Assembly: GCA_038061795.1 (NCBI GenBank) | Contig: JBBTYL010000002.1 | Coordinates: 13,193-77,192, forward strand | Source of the DNA: Patescibacteria group bacterium | GTDB lineage: Bacteria; Patescibacteriota; Minisyncoccia; Phycocordibacterales; PALSA-1337 | Reading direction: 5' to 3' | DNA: 64,000 bases | Part shown: positions 36,224-45,223 of the stretch, in pieces | How positions within the stretch are numbered: the stretch's first letter is position 1 | How the letters are laid out: the number at the start of each line of letters is the position of its first letter | Translations under genes and position numbers: made by a program | The notes under the pieces: model-generated | What the model was told of the DNA's origin: nothing | Database searches by the model: none | The model's input: only the letters and a program-made list of their open reading frames with translations

Positions 36224-37528
36224 TTATTTCTTCCAAAGCTTTAGATCTGTCGGTGTCGGTCGGGAGCCTTTCGGTGCGGCGGATCGATCTGTTTCTGACC
36301 TCGACTGCTTGCCAACAGTCCCATCGGGCCATATGTGATAACCCGGCATGCAAGCCATCACATCATGATGATCATCATCGCTCACACTACTTTTCATTGG
36401 TCCTGAATAAAATGATAGTCTAGCTCTTGTGTAATAAACCAAATCGAACTCTTTAGTGTATGCTTTTATCTTTTCAAGAAGTTCGGTCCATTTCGGATCC
36501 TGTGTATTGTCGAATAGAATCACTTGTAGACCAAGTTTTGCAAGTGTACGAATTGAATTTTTTATATCTTCGAGATAAGTCACGGAATCTTTTCTTACTC
36601 GAGCCTCATATTGATTAATACTCAACCTGATATCTGAAATGCAGTCTCTATTCATTTCAGCAATTTTCTCAGCGGCGATTTGTGCTATTTTATCCATAGC
36701 CGACCATCCTGCTGTTGTGATATGTAGAGGCCTTACTGGTGTAGCTAATAATCTCGCCACATCCCCGAAATCAGCAGGAGACCCGTCCTCATGGAGAAAA
36801 TTTCTATCCTTATAATCAAAGGGGTCGCTATCATAATAATTGGTGATTCTATCGAAAATTGATCCAAAATGTATGTCTTTATAGTCAACAGGCACGGCAT
36901 CTATAAAACCGGCAGTTGATGGCTGTCCGAAATCTTTTACTGTTTTCTCGAAAAACGCAACTGCCTGTGGCTTTAACTTTCGGTATATTTCAAGGAAAGG
37001 ATGTTTAGCAAATATTTCAGCAGCCTTTTTACTGATGAGATTTGTTTCATCAGAGAAACCCGCTTTCCCATTTTTTATATTTCTTATTTCTTCAATACTG
37101 CATCCTGTACCCTCTTCAAGATCTTTAAAATAATTTTCAACCAACTGCCTCATTTTCTCCTCTGCCTTATGTTTTTGTTCGGCACTTTTCACGATTGCTG
37201 GATATGGCATGGTCTGAACCGTTTCAGCCGCGCCAGCGGCGCAGAAAGTACACTTGTGACGACACCCTTTTGTCACTTGAATATTAGAAAGCTCCTCACC
37301 GAATATTTCCGCGAGTTTTTCTTCCGAAAGCTCTAGCCCCTTGAATAATTCAGGTCTTGGATTTTCAACGGTTGGAATGTCCTCCGTTCTTGCTGTACCG
37401 GTCTCAACCTCTTTTCTAAAAGCCTCTCCTTCTTCTGACAACGGATAAGGAATCTTTAAAAACTTTTCTCTTATTAAGCCTTCATTTCTTAATTCTTCAG
37501 GTGGGGATGTAAACTCAAATTTTTCCAT
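36224..37528 (-). CDS. Radical SAM enzyme of unknown specificity
   Basis: CxxxCxxC cluster motif TKGCRHKCTFCAAG at aa ~88-97. No additional Cys cluster, so a single 4Fe-4S. 434 aa. Confidence 0.65.
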   Translation of the reverse strand: MEKFEFTSPPEELRNEGLIREKFLKIPYPLSEEGEAFRKEVETGTARTEDIPTVENPRPELFKGLELSEEKLAEIFGEELSNIQVTKGCRHKCTFCAAGAAETVQTMPYPAIVKSAEQKHKAEEKMRQLVENYFKDLEEGTGCSIEEIRNIKNGKAGFSDETNLISKKAAEIFAKHPFLEIYRKLKPQAVAFFEKTVKDFGQPSTAGFIDAVPVDYKDIHFGSIFDRITNYYDSDPFDYKDRNFLHEDGSPADFGDVARLLATPVRPLHITTAGWSAMDKIAQIAAEKIAEMNRDCISDIRLSINQYEARVRKDSVTYLEDIKNSIRTLAKLGLQVILFDNTQDPKWTELLEKIKAYTKEFDLVYYTRARLSFYSGPMKSSVSDDDHHDVMACMPGYHIWPDGTVGKQSRSETDRSAAPKGSRPTPTDLKLWKK

Positions 37529-37654
37529 ACCAGAAGTATAGCAAATAAGAGAAACTTCGTCGGTGTGCCGTCTTAGAGGAAATTAGAACGATATTTGAGA
37601 AAAGGAATGATGCGACGATCTACATTCCAACATTTTACCCTGCATTTGAACACA

Positions 37655-38452
37655 CTATTCCAAATCAGAAAAAATAGGGTGTGCATCATTATCATCTATA
37701 GGTAGACTGCCTCTCAAATAGCCTTTCGTTTTACTGATGATTTCTTCTGCCGCCGACTTTTGCTCGGTGGTTATATTTTGTGGCAACGGTGTGTCGAGTA
37801 TTTGCTGAATAATTTCTCGCGCTCGAGTAAATTCTTTACCATATTTTCTTTCGACAGAGACCATGTGTCTATATAACCAAAGAACAACATTGCAGAGTGC
37901 TACCTTCCCGTCACGGATATAAAAGTCAGTGTCAACCAAATATATGTGCGGGACTTCATCACCCTTCTTTTTTCCATATACATATTGAGAGGCACTGTTT
38001 ATGTCAGCAAGATATAAACCACCTTCTTCTGGTAACTTATCTAAATAGTATTGAGCAATGCTTGCGTATAATTTTTCCACCTCTTCCGTTAGTTCAGGGG
38101 TAACTTCAATTTTATCCAGATCTGTACCATCAATTTTATCAACAATTGCATATATAACATCTTTGTCTTCGTCGCCTTTACCAATTATAAAATCGACTGG
38201 CGCATTGATGCCATATCTATCTTTCAATTCACTATATAATTTTTGTCCCAATTCCCCTATTACAACAGGGTCTACTTGACCTTTGTATCTTTCTTCCAAA
38301 TCCTCGAAACTCTCCATACGTACAATTTTGTCAGGATTATCTTTTATTTCAAAAATCTTGCCCCTGCCTTTATGGATTGGTGATATTTCACTTTCAATCA
38401 AATGGTCACTGAAATTTATTTCCTTATCGTGTTTTGGTTCTTGGTTTTCCAC
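37655..38452 (-). CDS. Hypothetical protein, possible small protein-kinase-like fold
   Basis: Gly-rich HKGRGKIFEI near the N-terminus and a YLVDTDFY (D-x-D-F) segment reminiscent of kinase-fold catalytic and DFG regions. Weak. Confidence 0.3.
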   Translation of the reverse strand: MENQEPKHDKEINFSDHLIESEISPIHKGRGKIFEIKDNPDKIVRMESFEDLEERYKGQVDPVVIGELGQKLYSELKDRYGINAPVDFIIGKGDEDKDVIYAIVDKIDGTDLDKIEVTPELTEEVEKLYASIAQYYLDKLPEEGGLYLADINSASQYVYGKKKGDEVPHIYLVDTDFYIRDGKVALCNVVLWLYRHMVSVERKYGKEFTRAREIIQQILDTPLPQNITTEQKSAAEEIISKTKGYLRGSLPIDDNDAHPIFSDLE

Positions 38453-38522
38453 ACCAAAAGTCTATCAGGTTAAAGCTGAAATTACTAACTGAAGTAAGGT
38501 TGTCTCGCTAAAAAATATCTGT

Positions 38523-38595
38523 GGGTGGCTAGAGAGAATCGGACTCTCGATACCGGTTCCACAAACCGGAGTTTTACCACTAAACTATAGCCACC
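38523..38595 (-). tRNA. tRNA-His (anticodon GTG) with G-1
   Basis: Reverse complement reads GGTGGCTATAGTTTAGTGGTAAAACTCCGGTTTGTGGAACCGGTATCGAGAGTCCGATTCTCTCTAGCCACC. Anticodon arm CCGGT-TTGTGGA-ACCGG, an extra 5' G pairing with C73, 5' sequence nearly identical to E. coli tRNA-His. Confidence 0.85.
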
Positions 38596-38601
38596 ATATA
38601 A

Positions 38602-39072
38602 TTAAAGGGTCTTGCCGTCATGTGCCAAATAATGGCAATTTCTGCATAACCACCTTAGATTATCTATCTTATTATTTTTTCTGTTTTGGTCAATATGATG
38701 AACCACCAAAACCTTGACGTTAGTTATATCACATTTTGAACAAATTGGCCTAATATTGTTCCTTAGCATGATCTTTCTATACGCATTTTCTCCTCCCTTC
38801 CAATTGCCATGATCCTCACCCGAAAGAATATGGGCATTCTTCCAAACAGCAAAACATGACTTATTGCAAAAGAATCTTCCACTTTTTGACCTTTTAATTT
38901 CAAGCTTGGTTCTATAAAAAGACTTTTTGCAAATTTCACACAAACGTAACTCCCCAGTCTTCATTCTTTCCGAGGAGCAAGCTTGGGAACAATACTTACC
39001 CCAGCCAATTTTAATATGGCTAGGTTTTGCATAAAAATCTTTTGTACAATTTACACAGTTTATCCAAGGCAT
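38602..39072 (-). CDS. HNH endonuclease with N-terminal Cys-rich zinc-ribbon repeats
   Basis: HNH motif VHHIDQNRKNNKIDNLRWLCRNCH. Multiple CxxC pairs upstream. Confidence 0.7.
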   Translation of the reverse strand: MPWINCVNCTKDFYAKPSHIKIGWGKYCSQACSSERMKTGELRLCEICKKSFYRTKLEIKRSKSGRFFCNKSCFAVWKNAHILSGEDHGNWKGGENAYRKIMLRNNIRPICSKCDITNVKVLVVHHIDQNRKNNKIDNLRWLCRNCHYLAHDGKTL

Positions 39073-39136
39073 TCAACCATTATAATTTAATTTATAAGTA
39101 TTGACAATGTAATTACAAATGCATTATACTGTCTGC

Positions 39137-39412
39137 ATGAATATACAAACAACACTGCAAATTAGGGTTGATGACTCTCTCAAAGAAAAAGCCTCTCAAG
39201 CCCTGAAGAGAATGGGGCTGGATCTCTCTTCTGGAATCAAGCTTTTTCTCAATGAAGTGGCCATGACCGAAACCATTCCCTTCTTACCATCAACTGAAAA
39301 AGGCAAAAAACTTCGGGGTTACGAAACATATAAAAAAGAAGCTGAATTTCTAAAAAAACATGGTAAAAGATTTACTTCTGGAAAAGAATTGATAGATGAT
39401 ATTTTAAAATAA
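39137..39412 (+). CDS. dinJ: RelB/DinJ-family type II antitoxin
   Basis: TLQIRVDDSLKEKASQALKRMGLDLSSGIKLFLNEV matches the DinJ ribbon-helix-helix N-terminus. Confidence 0.65.
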   Translation: MNIQTTLQIRVDDSLKEKASQALKRMGLDLSSGIKLFLNEVAMTETIPFLPSTEKGKKLRGYETYKKEAEFLKKHGKRFTSGKELIDDILK

Positions 39413-39455
39413 AAAAATTCATTAATTCTTCATCTCTGTATGTTACGGTAAAGGA

Positions 39456-39734
39456 ATGTACAGCATACTTTATTCAAGCAAATTCAGAAAACAATCAAAG
39501 AAAATAGTGGGGTCAGGCAAATATCCTCGAGAGAAGATCGAGTACATTATTAATATTCTTGCTTCTGGAATTCCTCTGGAACCTCACCTTAAAAACCACA
39601 AGTTGCATGGCAAATATAATGGCATGATGGAGTGTCATGTTATACCAAATATGCTTTTGGTTTATGAAAAGGATGAAGAAAAAAGATTAATAATCCTCAT
39701 GGCCCTCGGAAGCCATTCCGAATTATTCAAATAA
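39456..39734 (+). CDS. yafQ: YafQ/RelE-family type II toxin (mRNA interferase)
   Basis: HKLHGKYNGMMECHVIPNMLLVYEKDEEKRLIILMALGSHSELF matches the YafQ C-terminal signature (H..G...ECHI.PD.LLIY....L.L.R.GSHS.LF). Confidence 0.7.
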   Translation: MYSILYSSKFRKQSKKIVGSGKYPREKIEYIINILASGIPLEPHLKNHKLHGKYNGMMECHVIPNMLLVYEKDEEKRLIILMALGSHSELFK

Positions 39735-39888
39735 CTGTGCGGAGGGCTGGACGATGTTCGGGCCTATCGCTACAAAGCTGAACATGCAGCCGCACTCATA
39801 TACGCCCACTTCAGAAAGGAGTTCGGGATTCCGATCAGGAAACGAATTGTGAGACCAGCTAAGAATAGCAGGCGGAAAAATTCGCTGA
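39735..39888 (+). pseudogene. GC-rich start-less ORF fragment (~50 codons) ending ...FGIPIRKRIVRPAKNSRRKNSLKG; possible gene remnant
   Basis: Open frame without a start codon directly after the yafQ stop. Higher GC than surroundings. Confidence 0.2.
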
Positions 39889-39940
39889 AGGGGTAAAGGT
39901 TTGCCGAAAGCGGCAAGATTATTGAGATAAAGCTAAATCA

Positions 39941-40990
39941 CTAAATAACAAAAGCGACACTATACCTTGCCCTAGTCACCGCTACATACAATTTAGAGCG
40001 ATCTCCAACGTGATCAAGATTCCTAGATTTTAGATACGCTTTCATTGGGCCAGTAGGGAAAATCAAAACTCTGTCGTAATTTCTTCCCTTGGATGCTCCA
40101 ATATTAAATGCTGGCAAATTCATCGTATCACTCTGCTTATTCCATCTCAGCACTACTGGCTTGTAACTCTCAAAATATGTCGGCACTTCAGGTTTTTTGA
40201 TCATAAAAATGCCGTCATGCCCTGTCGTGGTCCCATTCATCGACTTCGTCTTATTAAAATCTGGGAACAACACATCCGCAAAATCACAAATTACCTGATT
40301 ACACCTGAATGAATCATTTTTTTCTTCCATAGTGATCAGGCCTGAGCCGCTATGCTGAAGAACCCAATCAAATATACCGCTTCTCTTAAATTTCTTATTT
40401 TTTCCAGAATTATTCGTACTAAAAGTCCCTTGCCGGGGATCACCCACCGCTGTGATTGGAAGTGCGGACTGAAAAAGCTTCTCAAGGAAAGTGAGGTCAT
40501 ATCCCGCCAAGTCTTGCACCTCATCAATGAAGATATGATCGTAAGCTTTTTCAAGTCTCCTAACAATCAACCCGCCGGAGCGCTCATCGCATGTACAGAC
40601 AAAATCAGAAACTCGATCCCGGTAAATATCTCCACTATTTGCTAGGTAATAGCGGTCAAGATTGTTCTTGGGAGCATATTTGGTCCCACTAGGCATATCC
40701 TTAAAAAGGATGGATGCGATCCGAGATTTTTCCGTCACGAAGCTTTGGTAAGGCCGGATGCCTTCCTGTAATAAAAAGCTGAACCATGATAACAGCACGA
40801 TGTGTTTTGGGACATGCCCGCACTTTTCAATTAGATAAGACCTGATCTGGTCCAAGTTCTCATGGGTGTATGTTGTTATCAGAATCCGCTTCCCGACCAA
40901 CGCAATAGCCTCCTCGACAATCATGGTTGTCTTCCTTGATCCAGCGCTCGCCACGACCACCTTGTTTTTAGCTGACGGCATCTTTGACAT
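39941..40990 (-). CDS. UvrD/Rep-like superfamily 1 helicase (short), GajB-like partner of the OLD-family ATPase
   Basis: Motif I ASAGSRKTT, motif II IFIDEVQD, motif VI YVAVTRAR. 23-nt overlap with the upstream OLD-family gene. Confidence 0.6.
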   Translation of the reverse strand: MSKMPSAKNKVVVASAGSRKTTMIVEEAIALVGKRILITTYTHENLDQIRSYLIEKCGHVPKHIVLLSWFSFLLQEGIRPYQSFVTEKSRIASILFKDMPSGTKYAPKNNLDRYYLANSGDIYRDRVSDFVCTCDERSGGLIVRRLEKAYDHIFIDEVQDLAGYDLTFLEKLFQSALPITAVGDPRQGTFSTNNSGKNKKFKRSGIFDWVLQHSGSGLITMEEKNDSFRCNQVICDFADVLFPDFNKTKSMNGTTTGHDGIFMIKKPEVPTYFESYKPVVLRWNKQSDTMNLPAFNIGASKGRNYDRVLIFPTGPMKAYLKSRNLDHVGDRSKLYVAVTRARYSVAFVI

Positions 40991-42563
40991 ACGCGGGAAA
41001 TTCTATCTTCTCGTTGGTCTCGAACAACGCGAGCGCGCATTCCGTCTTATTGGCGGTCATATAATCAACAAGTTCTGGTTTATCTTTGAAAGCCTTGCCA
41101 AAAACTTTATTTAACACGTCTAGCCCATTAACCTCTGCGATGTGAGGCTCCAGTGTTGTAAGGGCATTGTTCTTATCGGCGCACACTTTGATTGAGCCGA
41201 AAGCAGAATATGGTGTGTATTTTTTCTCAACCTTATTCTCATAATCGCCATCATTATCAGTTACAACTGCGACGGTGTTTGAAAGCTCTTTTGCAATATC
41301 AAGGAACCGGGCAAAAGAAAGTCCCCGAACGCTTATGACATCAACACCTGCTTCAATCGGCAACTTTCCGTGTTTCACCAGGAAAGCTTTTTGAACAATC
41401 AATTCGTCAGACGGCCCTTCAACTAAAATGGCCTTCTTTGCCAAAATGAGGCGCAGGGTATCATATCCAGAAAGTTTTTTGAAGTAATCCTGCGTATCTG
41501 GAGGCAGTTTGCTCAAATTTGAATGCTTCGCTTCATGAAGGAAAATCACCTTGTCGATACCAAGCTTATTTAAAACGTATGCGCTGTGTGTCACGATCAC
41601 GATCTGTTTCCCAGCACATTTTTCCCGTATCTTTTTAATGAGTGTACTCATCGAGGAAAACGAGAGATGGTTCTCAGGCTCTTCAATAAGAATGACATTC
41701 GACTCCTTTGCTTGCCGCTCAAGTGCGAGCATGATTTTGAGGGCGCTCTGTTCTCCCTTACCAATGAACTGGAATGGCAATTCATCTAAATGAGGAATCA
41801 GGGAGTTTTCCCAATTTGTCTTTTGCGAAGTGTCGATGGAAATTGCGAGCTTCTTGGTCGTTATCGCGCCCTGGTTTTGGGTCAGTTTTGCATTGATACC
41901 AACAATTGCGTCCTCAGCTGAAAACTGCTCTTTCAGTTTTCTGTAAGCAATCGCCAGCGAAACCTTCTCTTTTGCATCAAGGCTGCCGTTGATTATTTCT
42001 TGAAGGAAATAATCAGTCCCACTTTGTAGACGGATTGTGGTCGCATCGATATTGGAAATGGCAACCGGCAGACTACGAGGTGTTATCGCGTTATTTGCAA
42101 ATGAATACCAGTGAACCTTGTAGTACTCGGTTGGAATGGTTTTTATTTGCTCCCTTGCTTCAAGCAGCTTGGAATATTCATCCGCATACTCGTCATCAAA
42201 CGAGATCACCAATTTCAATCCAACGTAGTCCGTCTTCTGTGAATTATTGTTTCCTCGCAAGTATTGCAACTCTGCCAATTCCTCAAGATACAGTTCAATT
42301 ACTATCTCCGGCGGAACTGGATTGCCTCCACCAGCTACCTCTTTCAAATACGCGTCGATAGAGGCCTTGTTGAACAAGTGGGAAGAGAGCTCATATTCAA
42401 TCGCTTTGCCGTTGAGTCTTTTGGTCAGCACTAATGCTATTGCTTCAAGGATGGTTGACTTACCTGCCTCGTTGTTTCCAACGATAATGTTCAAATCCTT
42501 ATTAAGGGATAGGGTAAAAGCTTGGAACAGCTTGAAGTTTTTAATGTAAATTTGATTTATCAT
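40968..42563 (-). CDS. OLD-family ABC-type ATPase with C-terminal TOPRIM nuclease domain (GajA-like)
   Basis: Walker A GNNEAGKST, Walker B IILIEEPENHLS, H-loop VIVTHS. C-terminal TOPRIM ILVEGPSDE ... VTDNDGD. Confidence 0.7.
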   Translation of the reverse strand: MINQIYIKNFKLFQAFTLSLNKDLNIIVGNNEAGKSTILEAIALVLTKRLNGKAIEYELSSHLFNKASIDAYLKEVAGGGNPVPPEIVIELYLEELAELQYLRGNNNSQKTDYVGLKLVISFDDEYADEYSKLLEAREQIKTIPTEYYKVHWYSFANNAITPRSLPVAISNIDATTIRLQSGTDYFLQEIINGSLDAKEKVSLAIAYRKLKEQFSAEDAIVGINAKLTQNQGAITTKKLAISIDTSQKTNWENSLIPHLDELPFQFIGKGEQSALKIMLALERQAKESNVILIEEPENHLSFSSMSTLIKKIREKCAGKQIVIVTHSAYVLNKLGIDKVIFLHEAKHSNLSKLPPDTQDYFKKLSGYDTLRLILAKKAILVEGPSDELIVQKAFLVKHGKLPIEAGVDVISVRGLSFARFLDIAKELSNTVAVVTDNDGDYENKVEKKYTPYSAFGSIKVCADKNNALTTLEPHIAEVNGLDVLNKVFGKAFKDKPELVDYMTANKTECALALFETNEKIEFPAYVKDAVS

Positions 42564-42799
42564 AATTGGGGGAGTGTTCGCTCTTCGGCAAAAAGTTAAG
42601 TCTTCTGAAGTGACATATTATTTGAATCACTACCCAGATGCTTCTGTGGGAATGAGTCAATCGTACGCCGATAGCAACTTCGAGTCAACGCACGCGCGTT
42701 GTTATGATTTAGTTGGTCCTTTATCAACCAATAAAATCATCATGAAATCATATTTCGCATACATCCGCGTCTCAACAGCGCGACAAGGAGAGGAAGACC

Positions 42800-43152
42800 A
42801 TTTGGATTTCTCTTCACCTTGGATCTTTACGACTGTAAAGCGGGTGTTTGTGACGACATCGCCCTTTGCTACGACTTTCTGGAAAAGTTGGTGGATGAGC
42901 TTCAGATGCAAAAACAATCGCCGCCGTTTATTTTCCGTAGCGACGGGAACAAGTATCCCGAAAAGGCGGGCCTTAGTGGATGGGTTCCGCTGATTGAAAG
43001 CGGCATTCAGATCCACACACTTTCAGCTAAAAACTTTATTTCGATCGACATCTATTCCTGCGGCCCGTTCCGTACAGAACGGCTGGCGGAATTTGTGCGC
43101 ACTTTTTTTGAGCCCGGGGATATTGAGACCAATCTTATTCCGCGCGGGAAAA
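42800..43152 (+). repeat. 353-bp perfect direct repeat, copy A (matches 44028-44380)
   Basis: Sequence from ACCATTTGGATTTCTCTTCACC through AATCTTATTCCGCGCGG is identical in both copies. Confidence 0.85.
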
Positions 43153-43184
43153 AATACCATTGTCGGATGACTGATGCGAAATAA
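42800..43184 (+). pseudogene. speH: S-adenosylmethionine decarboxylase (SpeH, pyruvoyl type) copy 1; N-terminus and start codon unclear, divergent C-terminus
   Basis: FGFLFTLDLYDC ... GWVPLIESGIQIHT ... IDIYSCG SpeH motifs. No in-frame ATG/GTG upstream; only a TTG inside the first strand. C-terminus differs from copy 2. Confidence 0.45.
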
Positions 43185-43644
43185 GCCTAAGCAGAGCTTG
43201 CTAATCTCTATTCGCGGCCCCGTTGAAGCGATTGTGGTCGCAAAAGGGGCCGCTGACATTGCGGATGTTAAATATGCTGCCTCTACCCATGGGGATCCCT
43301 ATTGCTGTCACCTGTTTCTTAGGCATGATTTCGCGGATTTGAGGTAATGGCTCAGTTTGAAGATTCACCCACTTGTAAGCGGTATTCCAAGTGGGTGTTC
43401 CCATCCGAGGATGAGGCTGCCATATTTCAGGCATCGTTTGCCACATCGTTCCGGTTTCCCCTATTTACTTTCCCGCTAGGGCACGGCTCGGTGTGGTTAT
43501 CTTCTGCGTAGCTACTGGCATCATTTTAATCACGCTCTTGCGAGGGTGAACCGGCGCTCGGACCAGAAGTTTTTCCGTGAGTTCAAAAATTTGGCTAACA
43601 TATCATCAGCCTCCTTTCTGGCCATCACGGCCATTTGTATGGCA

Positions 43645-43891
43645 TCAGTAAATGGATTGTTCTTCAAGAAGATTAATAATCTCTTCCAAGCTCCAAACGT
43701 GATCTGTGAGTCCGGCGGCCATTGCGGGGGTTATGCGCAACGATTGATGAATGCGCCCGAAGTTGTAGAACATATAACGTAATGAACTGCGATGGAATGC
43801 TCGTGGTCTCAACCTTCTTGGAGAATCCGTTTGTGAGCCGCGTGAACCGGCGCATTGACATACGCTCACAAGTTCGCCAGTGACATTTCAA
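43645..43891 (-). mobile_element. IS1595-family (ISXO2-like) transposase C-terminal remnant, frameshifted
   Basis: Two overlapping minus frames carry RFTRLTNGFSKKVE and YNFGRIHQSLRITPAMAAGLTDHVWSLEEI, both hallmarks of the IS1595/ISXO2 transposase C-terminus. The N-terminal ~220 aa and the inverted repeats are absent. Confidence 0.6.
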
Positions 43892-43998
43892 ACTGAGCCA
43901 CTACCGGATTTGAGCGTGCATTGCGGTAAGGCGTGATACGTGGTAAGATTTGCTTACTCGTCAATAATGCTTCTGGGTACGTTGACGAATTAATTGTC

Positions 43999-44421
43999 GT
44001 GGAGGCATACAATAACGCGCAAAAACCATTTGGATTTCTCTTCACCTTGGATCTTTACGACTGTAAAGCGGGTGTTTGTGACGACATCGCCCTTTGCTAC
44101 GACTTTCTGGAAAAGTTGGTGGATGAGCTTCAGATGCAAAAACAATCGCCGCCGTTTATTTTCCGTAGCGACGGGAACAAGTATCCCGAAAAGGCGGGCC
44201 TTAGTGGATGGGTTCCGCTGATTGAAAGCGGCATTCAGATCCACACACTTTCAGCTAAAAACTTTATTTCGATCGACATCTATTCCTGCGGCCCGTTCCG
44301 TACAGAACGGCTGGCGGAATTTGTGCGCACTTTTTTTGAGCCCGGGGATATTGAGACCAATCTTATTCCGCGCGGAACTAAATATCACCACTCTTTTGCC
44401 GCAGATGAGCCCATAATTTAG
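43999..44421 (+). CDS. speH: S-adenosylmethionine decarboxylase proenzyme (SpeH), likely functional copy, GTG start
   Basis: Full beta-strand 1 (KPFGFLFTLDLYDCK) aligning with T. maritima KSLGRHLVAEFYEC. ES (Ser) pyruvoyl cleavage site in ESGIQIHT. Confidence 0.65.
   Translation: MEAYNNAQKPFGFLFTLDLYDCKAGVCDDIALCYDFLEKLVDELQMQKQSPPFIFRSDGNKYPEKAGLSGWVPLIESGIQIHTLSAKNFISIDIYSCGPFRTERLAEFVRTFFEPGDIETNLIPRGTKYHHSFAADEPII
44028..44380 (+). repeat. 353-bp perfect direct repeat, copy B (matches 42800-43152)
   Basis: Identical to copy A. The two copies are 1228 bp apart and flank an IS remnant. Confidence 0.85.
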
Positions 44422-44565
44422 GAAATGCGGGGGAACAACGAATTCTGTTCCGATTGTCATTTCGCGGGTTAAAATCCCCACCTCTGAGACGTTGGGTTCA
44501 AAACATTTTTGCTTCTTCGATCAAAAAAAGCCCCTCGCGATAAATCGAGAGGGGTTGTGCTGATG

Positions 44566-45159
44566 TCAGCCGAACGACAACTCCTGTTGTCCAAGCGAAA
44601 CTTTGATGCGTTCCACCTCGGTAGGCTTGGGCGGTTCGCCTTGTTCCAAAGCCTCGGGTGATTGGATGCGGAGTGCGAGCGGCAGCCACGGTGCGATGTA
44701 ATGGATATTTGACCATGCGGCCCAATACTCATTGGACAACGCATTGCCGTGCATGACCCGGGTGGGGATGCCCCACAGGGTCGTGTTGATGAACGCCATG
44801 TCACAGGCCGTGCGGCTAATATCAATGGCGGTGACGCGCAGGCGTCTGCGGATTTCAGGCGGACACGCTTCCGCCACTGACAGAATCATCGCCCCTGCGC
44901 CGCAGGCAGGCTCACAGATGAGTATAGGCCCTTCGGCGGGCCATGATTCCGTGTCTCCCATGAGCATTTGTGCCATCATATCGCAGATGTTCTTCGGCGT
45001 GTGGAACTCGCCGTTCCATTGTTGTCCCTTCTGAGACAGAGCGGATTCCATATAGTATCCGCCAATCAAGTCCTCAAAGGGATGTATTTCCATTTCGGCA
45101 TCCCTGCCACGGTTGGCGCCAGGAAGCGCAGTTCCGGCCCCCCTGCTGATAAAGGCCAC
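44566..45159 (-). pseudogene. N6-adenine DNA methyltransferase fragment (HsdM-like), GC-rich
   Basis: Motif X-like GEFHTPKNICDMMAQML, motif I ICEPACGAGAM, LWGI...HGNAL, but no NPPF/Y motif IV and only 197 aa. Confidence 0.5.
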
Positions 45160-45223
45160 CTCCCATTGCTCGCGCAGAAGGCACAGGGACTGTTGCAGGT
45201 CTTGGAGTACGGGTGACGCCCCA

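Noticed and set aside
42574-42993. 139-aa plus-strand ORF upstream of speH copy 1
   Set aside because: Its C-terminal half is just an alternate frame of the duplicated speH DNA, and the same peptide recurs at 43994-44221 for the same reason. No motifs.
43023-43259. 78-aa minus ORF and its twin at 44251-44481
   Set aside because: Both are antisense read-outs of the 353-bp repeat and are identical because the DNA is identical. Not independent genes.
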